Source: an uncultured Bryobacterales bacterium (GTDB taxonomy: Bacteria; Acidobacteriota; Terriglobia; Bryobacterales; UBA6623). Taken from it: a stretch of 46,722 nucleotides of DNA. Shown in pieces: positions 1 through 8,882 of this stretch. Below the pieces are notes generated by a model. It ran no database searches. It saw nothing but the letters and a program-made list of their open reading frames with translations, and was not told the DNA's origin. The translations under genes were made by a program, and so were the position numbers. The stretch is taken from the NCBI GenBank assembly GCA_964405625.1, contig CAYOPA010000002.1:1-46722 (forward strand), read 5' to 3'. Every line of letters begins with the position of its first letter. The stretch's first letter is position 1.

Positions 1-1395
1 GAGCGCTGCCTGGAGCTCCACCGCAGGCTCGCGCTGACGATGCACACCCAGCCGCAAGGCAAGCAGGTCGAGCTTGACGCCTGGGCCGGAGTCAAGGCGC
101 TGTCGGGGCCGAAGGAGTTTCGCGAGATTCCGGAGGAAGAGGACCGCAAACGGGCTGCTGAGAAGTTTCTGCGCGATGAGGAGAACGACAGCGGCATCAT
201 CACCGGCAAGGACAAAAAGTTGCGGTTCTGGCACCAGCATTTTCAGGAGTGTCTGGCCGCCCAGGCGCTGGCGGGCCGCGACACGGAACGGCGGCGCATC
301 CTGTTCGACGAGCGGAAGCTGCACCACCCGGACTGGCTCGAGACCGTGCTGCTGATCGCGGGCTCCATGCTCAAGACCGCGCCGGGGCGCCTGGACGATT
401 TTCTACTGGAGGTGATCCGCGCTGTCCCAAAGGACGCCTCGCTCGCCGACCGGGCGCGGACGCTGGCGCTGATCGGCGCGATGCTGCGCGATGTCTACTC
501 GTCCGGGTACCGCTTCCAGGAGAAACCGCTGCTGGAGTTGGTCGAGAGCGCCATGGGGATTTTTGAGCCGGAGGCCGCCCAGTCGATCGAGGAACGGTTG
601 CGGGCGGACGCGGCGGACGCCATCGGGCTGATCGGCGACCGGCGCTTGGCCGATCCCGAGCGGAGCTGGGTGCTCATTCCCGAGGGCGAGTTTTGGATGG
701 GCGCCCAGAGGGGAAGCGCGAGCGAACGGAACCATGACCCGAACGCCGAGGACGATGAGACGCCGCACCAAGTCTGGGTGAGCGCGTTCGAGATCGGCCG
801 TTATCCCGTGACGGTGGCGGAGTACGCCCGGTTCTGGTCGGATGGCGGGTATTCGAACAAGCAGTACTGGGAAACCGGCGGCTTTGGGGGCTCTAAGGAA
901 CCCGAGGACTGGGCCGCACAGATCCGCTACCCTAACCGGCCGGTCGTCGGAGTCAGTTGGTTCGAAGCAAGCGCGTACGCAAAATGGGCGGGGGCGAAGC
1001 TTCCCACTGAAGCTCAGTGGGAGAAGGCCGCGCGCTTCGGCCGCGACGATGCGATCTATCCCTGGGGCTCGGCGGAGCCGGACGCCACGCGTGCGAACCA
1101 CAGCTTGCGGCTAAGCCGTCCCTCCGCCGTCGGCCTGTATGCACAGGGCGCTACGAAGACGGGCCTACAAGACATGGCCGGCAACGTGTGGGAGTGGTGC
1201 TCGGACTGGTATGCGGCGGACTACTACTCACAATCCCCTGATCGGGACCCGCCGGGTGCGCCCCGAGGGGACTCCCACTCGCTGCGCGGCGGTTCCTGGT
1301 TCAGCAGCACGGGGAACCTTCGGGCCTCGAACCGGGACAGGGGCTGGCCAGCCGGCCGGGACTACAGCTTTGGGTTCCGGTGCGTCCGGGAATGA
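1..1395 (+). CDS. STAND/NACHT-type NTPase C-terminal region + HEAT-like repeats + C-terminal FGE-sulfatase (SUMF1/EgtB-like) domain; 5' end cut by the window edge
   Basis: Frame 1 is open from nt 1 (ERCLELHRRLALT precedes the first Met at 40). FWHQHFQECLAAQAL resembles the post-NACHT FxHxxFQEYLAA motif. RADAADAIGLIGDRR is HEAT/PBS-lyase-like. C-terminal FGE hallmarks: WMGA, RYPVTVAEYARF, GVSWFEASAYAKWAGAKLPTEAQWEKAAR, MAGNVWEWCSDWY, RGGSWF, FGFRCV. Confidence 0.8.
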   Translation, partial: ERCLELHRRLALTMHTQPQGKQVELDAWAGVKALSGPKEFREIPEEEDRKRAAEKFLRDEENDSGIITGKDKKLRFWHQHFQECLAAQALAGRDTERRRILFDERKLHHPDWLETVLLIAGSMLKTAPGRLDDFLLEVIRAVPKDASLADRARTLALIGAMLRDVYSSGYRFQEKPLLELVESAMGIFEPEAAQSIEERLRADAADAIGLIGDRRLADPERSWVLIPEGEFWMGAQRGSASERNHDPNAEDDETPHQVWVSAFEIGRYPVTVAEYARFWSDGGYSNKQYWETGGFGGSKEPEDWAAQIRYPNRPVVGVSWFEASAYAKWAGAKLPTEAQWEKAARFGRDDAIYPWGSAEPDATRANHSLRLSRPSAVGLYAQGATKTGLQDMAGNVWEWCSDWYAADYYSQSPDRDPPGAPRGDSHSLRGGSWFSSTGNLRASNRDRGWPAGRDYSFGFRCVRE

Positions 1396-1436
1396 CCTTC
1401 CCTTTGTTCTTTTCCCTTTTCCCTTTATAGGGGGGT

Positions 1437-1455
1437 CTGGGGGCGGAGCCCCCAG
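1437..1455. repeat. REP-like GC-rich palindrome CTGGGGGC-GGA-GCCCCCAG, downstream of the FGE-domain gene
   Basis: Perfect 8-bp inverted repeat with a 3-nt loop, read directly. A T6 run follows at 1464-1469 but sits 8 nt from the stem, so it is not a canonical terminator. Same X-GGA-X' architecture as the hairpin at 23325-23341. Confidence 0.6.
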
Positions 1456-1787
1456 GGACGAAATTTTTTGGCCGCGCGCCGATGCGCCGACCCGCCAGGT
1501 AAACCTGGGCGGCTCAAGAGCGCACCAACGAGCCGCCCGGCTTCAGCCGGCGGGCGCCGTTCCAAACGCAGGGCAATCGCCCGGCGGAGCGCGCCGCACC
1601 GCGATTTTGCACCCCTCCCCGGTTGCCACTTTCCCGGCGCCCCCGGACGGTGATACACTGCCAGCGAGTCCAGGCTCGTTTTTCGCGTATTTGAGGGTCA
1701 AGCTAGCGAGGCTATTGTGAGTCGCTCCTGTACCATGCTCTCGCACTCTGCTTCGAACGCCGCTCGATATCCGCGACGGAGTTACTT

Positions 1788-2216
1788 GTGAAGAACATCT
1801 TTGTTGGGAATCTGAACTATCAAGCTACGGAAGACGAAGTGCGTACGCTCTTCGAACAGTTCGGGACGGTGGAAAGGGTCAGCCTGATCACGGACCGAGA
1901 GACGGGGCGTCCGCGAGGCTTCGGCTTCGTGGAAATGCCAAATGACGAGGAAGCCGATCAGGCGATCGAGCAGCTCAACGGAGCGGCTCACGGCGGGCGC
2001 AACCTCAATATCAACGAGGCTCGGCCCAGCGGCGAGCGGCCGCCCCGGCGGGGCGGCTTTGGCGCCGGTGACTTTGGCGGCGGCGGCGACTTCGGCGGTG
2101 GCGGCGGAGGCGGAGGTTATGAGCGTGGCGGAGGCGGAGGCGGCGGTAGCGAGCGCGGAGGCGGCGGCGGCCGCGGCCCGCGTCGTGGTCGCGGCGAGCG
2201 CGAACCGCGCTGGTAG
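1788..2216 (+). CDS. RRM-type RNA-binding protein with glycine/arginine-rich (RGG-like) C-terminal tail
   Basis: RNP2 NIFVGNL and RNP1 RGFGFVEM motifs. GTG start at 1788 with GGAG about 8 nt upstream. The C-terminal ~60 aa are mostly Gly with RG/RGG. Confidence 0.9.
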   Translation: MKNIFVGNLNYQATEDEVRTLFEQFGTVERVSLITDRETGRPRGFGFVEMPNDEEADQAIEQLNGAAHGGRNLNINEARPSGERPPRRGGFGAGDFGGGGDFGGGGGGGGYERGGGGGGGSERGGGGGRGPRRGRGEREPRW

Positions 2217-2296
2217 CCAACCCTTCAGGCGCCAGCGGTAGAGCCCGTCGGAATTTCGGACTGTAGTCTCTGTTTTCGAAACGCGGGAACGGATCC

Positions 2297-2343
2297 GGGC
2301 GGTGGTGTGTCTTCGAACGGAAGACCCCGCCGCCCTTTCGTGT
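2297..2343 (+). terminator. Rho-independent terminator of the RRM gene
   Basis: GGGCGGUGG...CCGCCGCCC outer stem (9 bp, one G-U) enclosing GUCUUC-GAACG-GAAGAC, followed by UUUCGUGUU. Confidence 0.7.
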
Positions 2344-2479
2344 TGCAAAAGCTCGCGCGTGGGGCGAACGTACCAACCGTCCAAACCGGCGTACCAACGC
2401 GAATTTGAAGCTTCCGTGCGATTCAGATAAACACCCTAGAAGGGCACTCTAGATCCATGGCCGCCAAGGCCACAGGAGA

Positions 2480-2998
2480 GTGTCCCTCGTGAAAGCCTTC
2501 CCATCGTTACTTCGTTGTCTCGGCGCCGGCGTGGCCGCTGGCGCTCTTGCGCTCGTGACGGCCCAGCCGCTGGCCGCGGAGCCGCCCCCCACTGCCACGC
2601 CGGCCTACGTGGTCACCCCGGCGCTGCGCCAGGCGTTGGAGCAGCCGCGCTATTTCAACCCGGTCGATCCGGAATCCGACGAGCTGTTGAGCCGCAAGCG
2701 CTGGCGCCGTGGCTGGATCGCAAGCTGGGCGGCGTTCGCCGTCGTCAACGTCCTCGATACGCATTCCTCCGCGGGCAAGGGCGAGCTCAACCCGCTGCTG
2801 CGCGCCCCGGACGGCCGCTTCTCCACCCAGCGGGCCGGAATCTTCAAAGCGGGGCTCGGCGGCGGCCTGATGGCCTTCCAGGGCTGGATGATCAAGACCC
2901 ACCCGGAGCGCAATATGTACAAGCCGTTCACCGTGGCCAACTTCGGCGTAACGGGAGCGATGGGCGCGGTGGCCGCCCGCAACTACACGATCGATTGA
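2480..2998 (+). CDS. Hypothetical exported/membrane protein
   Basis: Signal-peptide-like N-terminus (KAFPSLLRCLGAGVAAGALALVTAQPLAA). AGGAGA precedes the gene, so GTG at 2489 is the better-spaced start. No recognisable family motif. Confidence 0.55.
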   Translation: MSLVKAFPSLLRCLGAGVAAGALALVTAQPLAAEPPPTATPAYVVTPALRQALEQPRYFNPVDPESDELLSRKRWRRGWIASWAAFAVVNVLDTHSSAGKGELNPLLRAPDGRFSTQRAGIFKAGLGGGLMAFQGWMIKTHPERNMYKPFTVANFGVTGAMGAVAARNYTID

Positions 2999-3008
2999 CA
3001 GACCCCGG

Positions 3009-3042
3009 AAAAAAGGCGGGCGCGCCGAATGGGGCGCCCGCC
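3009..3042 (-). terminator. Rho-independent terminator of the amidase gene
   Basis: On the minus strand GGCGGGCGC-(10 nt)-GCGCCCGCC is followed by UUUUUU (plus-strand A-run 3009-3014). It lies between convergent genes. Confidence 0.65.
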
Positions 3043-3090
3043 AGATGGCCGACACAACGGCCGGCGCACGGGGAGGACAAAACGCTGCGA

Positions 3091-5322
3091 TCAGTCCATC
3101 GACGCTGACGCCCGCTCCTGCTCGGTCATCGTGACCTTATGTGAGCTCAAGCTACTGATGTAGCTTTCGATGCCCTCAAACAGGTACTCAGCCACCTGCT
3201 GACGGTACTTCGAGCTCTGCAACAGCTTCTCGTCGGTCGGATTGCTCAAGAATCCGATCTCGGCCAGAATCGCCGGCATCTTCGCTCCGATCAGCACCAT
3301 CAGCGGGGCCTGCCGAACGCCGCGGTCCTTCAATCCCTTGGTTGTGGTTGACAACCCGTTGAAAAGCACGCCTTGCATCCGCTGGGCGAACTCACGCGAC
3401 TCGTCCACTTTCTCCTTCATGGCGATCTTGGAGAGCAGGTCCTGGAGCTCATGCACCGTCTTGCTCGCCGCCGCATTTTCGCGCGAGGCGACCTTGAGCG
3501 CCCACGGATCGGTCGTGAAGTTCAAGTAGTAGGTCTCCACGCCGCGCACCGCGTGGTTGGTGAACGAGTTGGCGTGGACGGAGATGAACAGGTCCGCGCC
3601 GGCCTTGTTCGCCAGCGCCGTCCGCGCGTTGAGGTCGACAAACTCGTCGCTGTCACGTGTGAGCAGCACCTCGGCCCCTAGCCGCGACTTGATCAGCTTG
3701 GCCAGCCGCTGCGACACGTCGAGCACCACGTCCTTTTCACGCAAGCCGCTGGGGCCGATGCTGCCGGTGTCATGCCCGCCGTGACCGGCGTCGATCACGA
3801 CCTTGCCAACCTTCAGACCGAGAGCGCGGGTCAGGCTTTGCGAACCCTTCGACGGCTCGTCGGCCGGCTTCGGGGGCGGAATGTCGCTGGGGGTGTGTAG
3901 CGCCCTCGGCGCCGGCGCAGCAGAAGTCGGCGGCGGCTCCAGCTTGGCCAGCGTCACCGGCGGTTCGGCGCCCGGAACCGACGCATCCGACGCAACCGCC
4001 GGCGCGACTTCGAGCGGCGCGGCCGAGCGGGATGGGGGATTTGTGGCCGTGCGCTTTTTCGGCGCATCAGCCTGCGGCTTGGGCGGCGGCGGCGCGGACT
4101 TTGAAAGGACGGCGGCGCGGACCTCAGGCGAGCCTTCGCCAGCGAGCGCGCGGAACGCCTCGGCGAAGCTTGGCGCCTGGGCAGCCACTCGGCCCGCCAT
4201 TTCAGTCGGGGCCGCGACTTCCTCGGTCAGCTCGTCGGCGGGCGCCGGCCGGCTCAGCTCGCGCTCCGCCGCCGCGACGATCGCCACCGGCTCGGGCTCG
4301 ATCTCCGGTTCGGCAGCCCGCGCCAACGTCTCGCGCTTCAGGGTCTTGGCCCGTAGCTCAATCACCAGCCGGGGCGGATTGCTCAGCCAGTCCACGTCGT
4401 AGATCACGTCGTCGTTGAGGTCGAACACCAGTCGCGCCTTATTGACGCGGTTCATCCCCACTCGCAGCCGGGCCACGGCGGGATCCCCAATCTCGTAGTT
4501 ACCGCCTCGGGCCAGATCGCCGTCCAGCTTGGCGGTAAACAGATCAAAGTAAAGACGCGCCGGACGCTGCAGGAACTCAAACCTGTACGGAGCGAAATCG
4601 TCGAGCTCCAGCGCGATGCGCGTGTACTCTTGCGTGCTCCAGTAGCGCAGATCCTTGATCGTGGCGTCGCCGGAGCGCAGCTTACGCGGCGACGGCGTGG
4701 CGCGGTTTTCCTGATTGCCCGGCCCCGCATTGCCTTGTGTCAGCGAAACCTGGCGCATTTGCGGCTCAGCGGAGACCGGTGCGGAGGAAGCCGTTTCAGC
4801 GGGGGCGGCGGCCTTTGCGACCACGGCCGCGGGCGGCGGCTCGGGCCGGCGTTCAGGCTCGACCGGGGCTTCCGGCTTGGGCCGGGCGGCCGGCGCGGCC
4901 TTCGTCAATGTCACCGGGGCGGCGGACTCAAGCTGCGCCAGCTCCTTGCGGGCTTGGCCGAGCAGCTTGCTGTGCGGGTATTCCCGAATCAGAAACCGAT
5001 ACCCTGCAACGGCCTCATTGCGGTAGCGATCCTCTCCAAAGCGGTCATACTTTTCACCGTAGAGTTGCGCCACGGCGAGCAGGGCGTCGTCGCTATAACC
5101 GCTGGCGGGGTGCAAGCGCGTAACGGCGTCGAAGGCCTCGATGACCAAGTCATACTGCTTCCGGCCGAGCTCCAGCCGAGGGACCGCGCGCAGATCCTCC
5201 AACAAGGTCCGCGCGTGTTGATATTGCCGGGCCGCCGTCGTCCGCCCATCGGCGGCGCCGATCGGCAACGTAAGGCAGGCCGCCAACATGGCCGCCGCGA
5301 TGATTCGCACGAGCTGTTTCAC
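3091..5322 (-). CDS. N-acetylmuramoyl-L-alanine amidase (Amidase_3) with signal peptide, TPR/YbgF-like region, AMIN-like domain and long Ala/Pro-rich linkers
   Basis: C-terminal VVIDAGHGGHDTG...DLFISVHANS...LAEIGFLSN amidase_3 signature. AMIN-like IKDLRYWSTQEYTRIALELD. N-terminal MKQLVRIIAAAMLAACLTLPIGA. Confidence 0.9.
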   Translation of the reverse strand: MKQLVRIIAAAMLAACLTLPIGAADGRTTAARQYQHARTLLEDLRAVPRLELGRKQYDLVIEAFDAVTRLHPASGYSDDALLAVAQLYGEKYDRFGEDRYRNEAVAGYRFLIREYPHSKLLGQARKELAQLESAAPVTLTKAAPAARPKPEAPVEPERRPEPPPAAVVAKAAAPAETASSAPVSAEPQMRQVSLTQGNAGPGNQENRATPSPRKLRSGDATIKDLRYWSTQEYTRIALELDDFAPYRFEFLQRPARLYFDLFTAKLDGDLARGGNYEIGDPAVARLRVGMNRVNKARLVFDLNDDVIYDVDWLSNPPRLVIELRAKTLKRETLARAAEPEIEPEPVAIVAAAERELSRPAPADELTEEVAAPTEMAGRVAAQAPSFAEAFRALAGEGSPEVRAAVLSKSAPPPPKPQADAPKKRTATNPPSRSAAPLEVAPAVASDASVPGAEPPVTLAKLEPPPTSAAPAPRALHTPSDIPPPKPADEPSKGSQSLTRALGLKVGKVVIDAGHGGHDTGSIGPSGLREKDVVLDVSQRLAKLIKSRLGAEVLLTRDSDEFVDLNARTALANKAGADLFISVHANSFTNHAVRGVETYYLNFTTDPWALKVASRENAAASKTVHELQDLLSKIAMKEKVDESREFAQRMQGVLFNGLSTTTKGLKDRGVRQAPLMVLIGAKMPAILAEIGFLSNPTDEKLLQSSKYRQQVAEYLFEGIESYISSLSSHKVTMTEQERASASMD

Positions 5323-5363
5323 TGGAATCCCGCTACTCCCCCGGGCCTATGTCCCGATGGTTG

Positions 5364-6161
5364 TTACTCCGTGTCGAAGATCAACGCTCCATCCTCCCCC
5401 AGCGACGTCCGTACACGGGGTCTGGGCTTGGCGGACTCGGCGATCATCCGCGATCCGATTTTCGCCGTCGGACCATAAGCTCGGGTGATCCTGTCGACGT
5501 AATCGACGGTCTCGCGATACGGCGGTAGGCCGCCATATCTCTCCACCGCACCTTCGCCGGCGTTATACGCGGCCAAGGCCAGATCGAGATCACCTTCGTA
5601 ACGGTCCATCAGCTCACGGAGAAGCTTCGCTCCTCCAAGGACGTTTTCGGCGGGATCGAAAACATCCTGAACCCCCAGCCGCTTGGCCGTATCCGGCATC
5701 AACTGCATCAACCCTTGAGCTCCCTTGCGGGATACCGCCAGCGGGTTGAAGCCGCTCTCCTGCCGAATGACGGCCCGAATCAGCTCCGGGTCTACGTCAT
5801 GACGCCGCCCCGCCTCCCGCACCAAGCTTTCAAGCTCGACCCGTCCGGTCGAGCCGCCCTGGACGCCCTCCAGGCTTGGCGCGGATGCGGCAAGCTGCGC
5901 CGCCGGGACCTTGCGAACCCCCCGAGCTCCGCCGACTCGAATCAGCCGGCCGGTCTTGGGGTCCTCGCGAATCCCATACTGCCTCACTGCCACGGAAACC
6001 GCTTCCGCTTCGCGCTTCGGGCTCTCGATGGTCCTCGGGACCACGGCAAAACCTTCCGCGTTGACTTCCACGTTTCCCGCTCCAAGCGTCGCCGCCGTCA
6101 GCAGCAACGCCGTCGCGGGAAATTTCCGCACAGTATTCTTCCAGAAGATATCACACGACAT
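5364..6161 (-). CDS. Lytic transglycosylase (SLT domain), exported
   Basis: [25 protein letters not shown]...AYNAGEGAV. Start placed at the internal ATG at 6161 ([29 protein letters not shown], signal-like). The upstream ~250 codons of the 517-aa ORF are Arg/Ala-rich antisense shadow. Confidence 0.85.
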   Translation of the reverse strand: MSCDIFWKNTVRKFPATALLLTAATLGAGNVEVNAEGFAVVPRTIESPKREAEAVSVAVRQYGIREDPKTGRLIRVGGARGVRKVPAAQLAASAPSLEGVQGGSTGRVELESLVREAGRRHDVDPELIRAVIRQESGFNPLAVSRKGAQGLMQLMPDTAKRLGVQDVFDPAENVLGGAKLLRELMDRYEGDLDLALAAYNAGEGAVERYGGLPPYRETVDYVDRITRAYGPTAKIGSRMIAESAKPRPRVRTSLGEDGALIFDTE

Positions 6162-6275
6162 CGGGTTGGGCAAATGTTTTCCGTAGCCGCGTGTTCCGGC
6201 ACATACACCAGTAGACGCGAAGGGGATCGAAAAAGTCGATTCGCGTCCGTGCTTTTGCGGGCGCCGGGGTGCGCT

Positions 6276-7178
6276 ATGCTGGCGGTCGTCATGAAAAGGA
6301 CCGCCTTGTCGTCGGCTGTAGCGGCCTGCCTGCTCCTGGGGGCTTGCGCCTCGGACGACTCGGCGCCAGAGGAGAACCCCGCCGCCATGCTGGACGCCGT
6401 TACGCTGTACGCGTCGTTCGACCGAAGCGTGGCGGCCGATTTCGCGCGCGGCCCTGGACAGTTGCGCACGCGCTACGGAGCGCTGAGCAACCCGGAGGCG
6501 TTTCGCTTTGAAGACGGCTATCCGCGCGACGTCTTCCGCGTCGCTGAGGGCGCGGGCGTCAGCGGAGGCGCGCTGGAGGCGCTCGACGTGCTGCCCGAGA
6601 ACGGTCGCATCTTCTACCCGGCCCAGGGCAATCTGGCTTTCGACCGCGGCGGCTGGAGCGGAACCGTCTCGTTCTGGATCAAGACCAACCCGGACACAAT
6701 GCTGAAAACTTCGTTCTGCGACCCGATCCAGATCACCCAAAAAGGCGCCAACAACGGCGGGCTGTGGATTGATTTTCCCGACTCGTCGCCCCGCGACCTG
6801 AGACTTGGGGCCTTTCAAGCCGAGGGCGACGGCCGCCCGCGCCTGAGCGAGTCCGATCCCGACGCGCCGCTTGTCGTTGTCAGCCCGATCGGTTTTCAGG
6901 AAACCGACTGGCATCACATCCTGTTCACGTGGACTGATTTCGACTCCGACGCCGAGAATGCGCAGGCGACGCTGTACATCGACGGGTCGCCGCGTGGCTC
7001 CTTCGGCGGACGCAACATCACCATGGACTGGGATATCTCGCAGACGGGGATTTACGTGGCGGTGGGGTATATCGGGCTGCTCGACGAGCTGGCCATTTTT
7101 GACCGCGCGCTCAACGCCGCGGAGATCGCGCGGCTGGCCGCAGAGCCGGAGGCATTAACGGGGCTGGCGTCGGAGTAG
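6276..7178 (+). CDS. Lipoprotein with LamG/concanavalin-A-like lectin domain
   Basis: Lipobox in [20 protein letters not shown]-terminal [21 protein letters not shown] is typical of Laminin_G_3 domains. Start is ATG 6276 or 6291; the upstream part of ORF 5715..7178 is antisense to the SLT gene. Confidence 0.75.
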   Translation: MLAVVMKRTALSSAVAACLLLGACASDDSAPEENPAAMLDAVTLYASFDRSVAADFARGPGQLRTRYGALSNPEAFRFEDGYPRDVFRVAEGAGVSGGALEALDVLPENGRIFYPAQGNLAFDRGGWSGTVSFWIKTNPDTMLKTSFCDPIQITQKGANNGGLWIDFPDSSPRDLRLGAFQAEGDGRPRLSESDPDAPLVVVSPIGFQETDWHHILFTWTDFDSDAENAQATLYIDGSPRGSFGGRNITMDWDISQTGIYVAVGYIGLLDELAIFDRALNAAEIARLAAEPEALTGLASE

Positions 7179-7212
7179 CACGCCGGCCCCGCCAATGGTT
7201 CGGATAAGCGCG

Positions 7213-7839
7213 TTAGCTCTGTTTGCGCCGGCGCAGCCACAGCAGGCCGAAAGCTCCGCTGCCCAACAAGAGGAACGTGCTCGGCTCTGGAATGGGGTTT
7301 GTGTCCGTCGTTGACCAGAACGAAATGTGACTGACGGTCGGCTGCTGGCCGCCGTTGTTGAGGATGCCCTCGGTGGAGTACGCTCCCGTGCTCGCACCAG
7401 GCGAGAACTCGTACAGCGCAAACGAATTAGCCGCCTTGATGGTGATGTAGCGGACCGTACCCAACCCGGATGTCTGAGTCCAGGTACCGGCGAACGACGA
7501 CACCAAATCAATGCCGCTGCTCGGGGTGTAGGTGAATGGCGCGCCTTCGTCGCTCTGGCCCAGAGCGATCAGGTTGACACTGACGCCGGTGGCGCCCAAA
7601 ATCGCCGCCTCGACGGCCGATAGGGGATCGCCGCCTCCGGCGTTCGAAAAGATGCCGTCTCCGCCGCCCGGATAGCCCGGCGCCGTGCCAGAGATACATC
7701 CCTGGTTGATCAGGTCGATTCCCGGTCCATCCTTGCAGAAAAGGACCGGGCTGGCTTCGACCGTGCTAACCGCGGGTCCAAAACCCGCGCCCAGAATGGC
7801 AACTAGCAAAGATAAGAACAGTGGTCGGGAACAATGCAC
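7213..7839 (-). CDS. PEP-CTERM sorting-domain secreted protein
   Basis: C-terminus PIPEPSTFLLLGSGAFGLLWLRRRKQS (PEP motif + TM helix + basic tail). N-terminal signal peptide. GTG start with AAGGAG 7 nt upstream. Confidence 0.85.
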   Translation of the reverse strand: MHCSRPLFLSLLVAILGAGFGPAVSTVEASPVLFCKDGPGIDLINQGCISGTAPGYPGGGDGIFSNAGGGDPLSAVEAAILGATGVSVNLIALGQSDEGAPFTYTPSSGIDLVSSFAGTWTQTSGLGTVRYITIKAANSFALYEFSPGASTGAYSTEGILNNGGQQPTVSHISFWSTTDTNPIPEPSTFLLLGSGAFGLLWLRRRKQS

Positions 7840-8095
7840 GCTTTGACTCCTTCTTGGTTATGAGGCTTCACACATGGCTGCTTACGCACGCGATTCGTAA
7901 GGCCTTCACCCTACTTTAATATGGGGGGGAATCCTTAGGTGCAAATCCACGATGGATCTGTGCTAAAACTCACATCGAAGAACGGGCGGGGGCCGTCCTT
8001 GCAGGACAGAAACGCTGAGGTTAAGTGCTGGCGAGCGAGACGATTGCCTTGAAATTCGCGGCGGTATAGTCCTGAAACAAATTAGATATGCCTTC

Positions 8096-8122
8096 AAAAA
8101 GGCCGGGCGCATAGGCCCGGCC
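8096..8122 (-). terminator. Rho-independent terminator of the peroxiredoxin gene
   Basis: Minus strand GGCCGGGC-CUAUGC-GCCCGGCC followed by UUUUU (plus-strand A-run 8096-8100), about 40 nt after the stop at 8163. Confidence 0.7.
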
Positions 8123-8162
8123 TCGGATACGTCGCTGGTCCGTCAGACCCGGCGGCGGAGTG

Positions 8163-8675
8163 TTACTTCAATCGGCTGCAGGCGCTCAGCGCCCCGTCGA
8201 TGGAGATGGCGTCGCCGCCGGAGATGACCTCCTGGACGACCCCCTGTTTGTCGATGACGAACGTCGTGCGGTCCGCCATGCCGCGTTCATTGAGCACACC
8301 GAAGGCCTCGGCAGCCTTCTTTCCCGCATCGGAGAGGAGAGTGAACTCGAGGTTGAGGGATTCAGCAAACTTCTTTTGCGTCTCGAGGTCGTCGGTGCTG
8401 ATGCCGAAGATGACCGTTTCGGCGTCGGAAAATTTTGCGATACCAGACTGGTACGCGTTCATTTCGCGCGTTCAACCACCGGTGAACGCTTTCGGGTAAA
8501 AGGCCGCCACCACGTTCTTTTTGCCGCGGTAGGCGGAGAGGGTCTCGGTTTTCCCGTTGCTGCCGGGAAGCGCGAAATCAGGGGCTTGGTCGCCGACCTT
8601 GACCGCCGCGGCGGCGCTGGAAGCGGCGCCGAGGGAGCCAAGGGCGAACAACGCCAGTCTACGACTCATTCTCAT
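8163..8675 (-). CDS. Secreted Bcp/PrxQ-type peroxiredoxin with in-frame UGA (candidate selenocysteine) at the peroxidatic-Cys position
   Basis: ORFs 8472..8681 and 8163..8462 share one frame, separated only by TGA (8474-8472) + ACG CGC GAA. Joined product: ...[28 protein letters not shown]..., matching the Prx FxxGCTxE active site. Signal peptide [30 protein letters not shown] lies 9 nt upstream of ATG 8675 (TTG 8681 and ATG 8669 are alternatives). Confidence 0.75.
8437..8456 (-). promoter_or_regulatory. SECIS-like hairpin downstream of the in-frame UGA
   Basis: mRNA GCGUACC-AGUCU-GGUA(U)CGC: 7-bp stem, one bulged U, 5-nt apical loop containing GU. The loop starts 23 nt after the UGA. It resembles the E. 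coli fdhF SECIS apex (GGUCU loop, bulged U) in shape and spacing. Confidence 0.55.
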
Positions 8676-8882
8676 GGGCAATCTCTCCTTTCGATCTCAC
8701 TTGGTGCGCCACCAAGGGCGCGCGTTCTGATTTTTGCACGACCGGCGCCTCGGTGCGAAACCGAGCCCTGGGCCGCCGCCGCTCCCGGTCGCCTAACGGA
8801 ATCGCCACTGACGCTGGGAATTCTTGATATCCCCTGGATTGGGGTTCCGTTTGGACCGATCGTGTGGTTAACATTGTGGTCC

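Noticed and set aside
2040-2200. Highly repetitive GGC/GGA tract
   Set aside because: It is the in-frame coding sequence of the Gly-rich tail of the RRM protein, not a CRISPR array or non-coding satellite.
3850-4900. Low-complexity GC-rich stretch with many overlapping ORFs on both strands
   Set aside because: It encodes the Ala/Pro-rich linkers of the amidase. The alternative-frame ORFs (e.g. 3803..4402, 4630..5478) are shadows.
6162-6917. N-terminal 252 codons of the 517-aa minus-strand ORF
   Set aside because: It is Arg/Ala-rich and antisense to the LamG lipoprotein gene. The SLT protein has a signal-like start at ATG 6161.
8160-8882. N-terminal 241 codons of the 1257-aa plus-strand ORF
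   Set aside because: This part is antisense to the peroxiredoxin gene and has no signal or motif. A proper signal peptide begins at ATG 8883.
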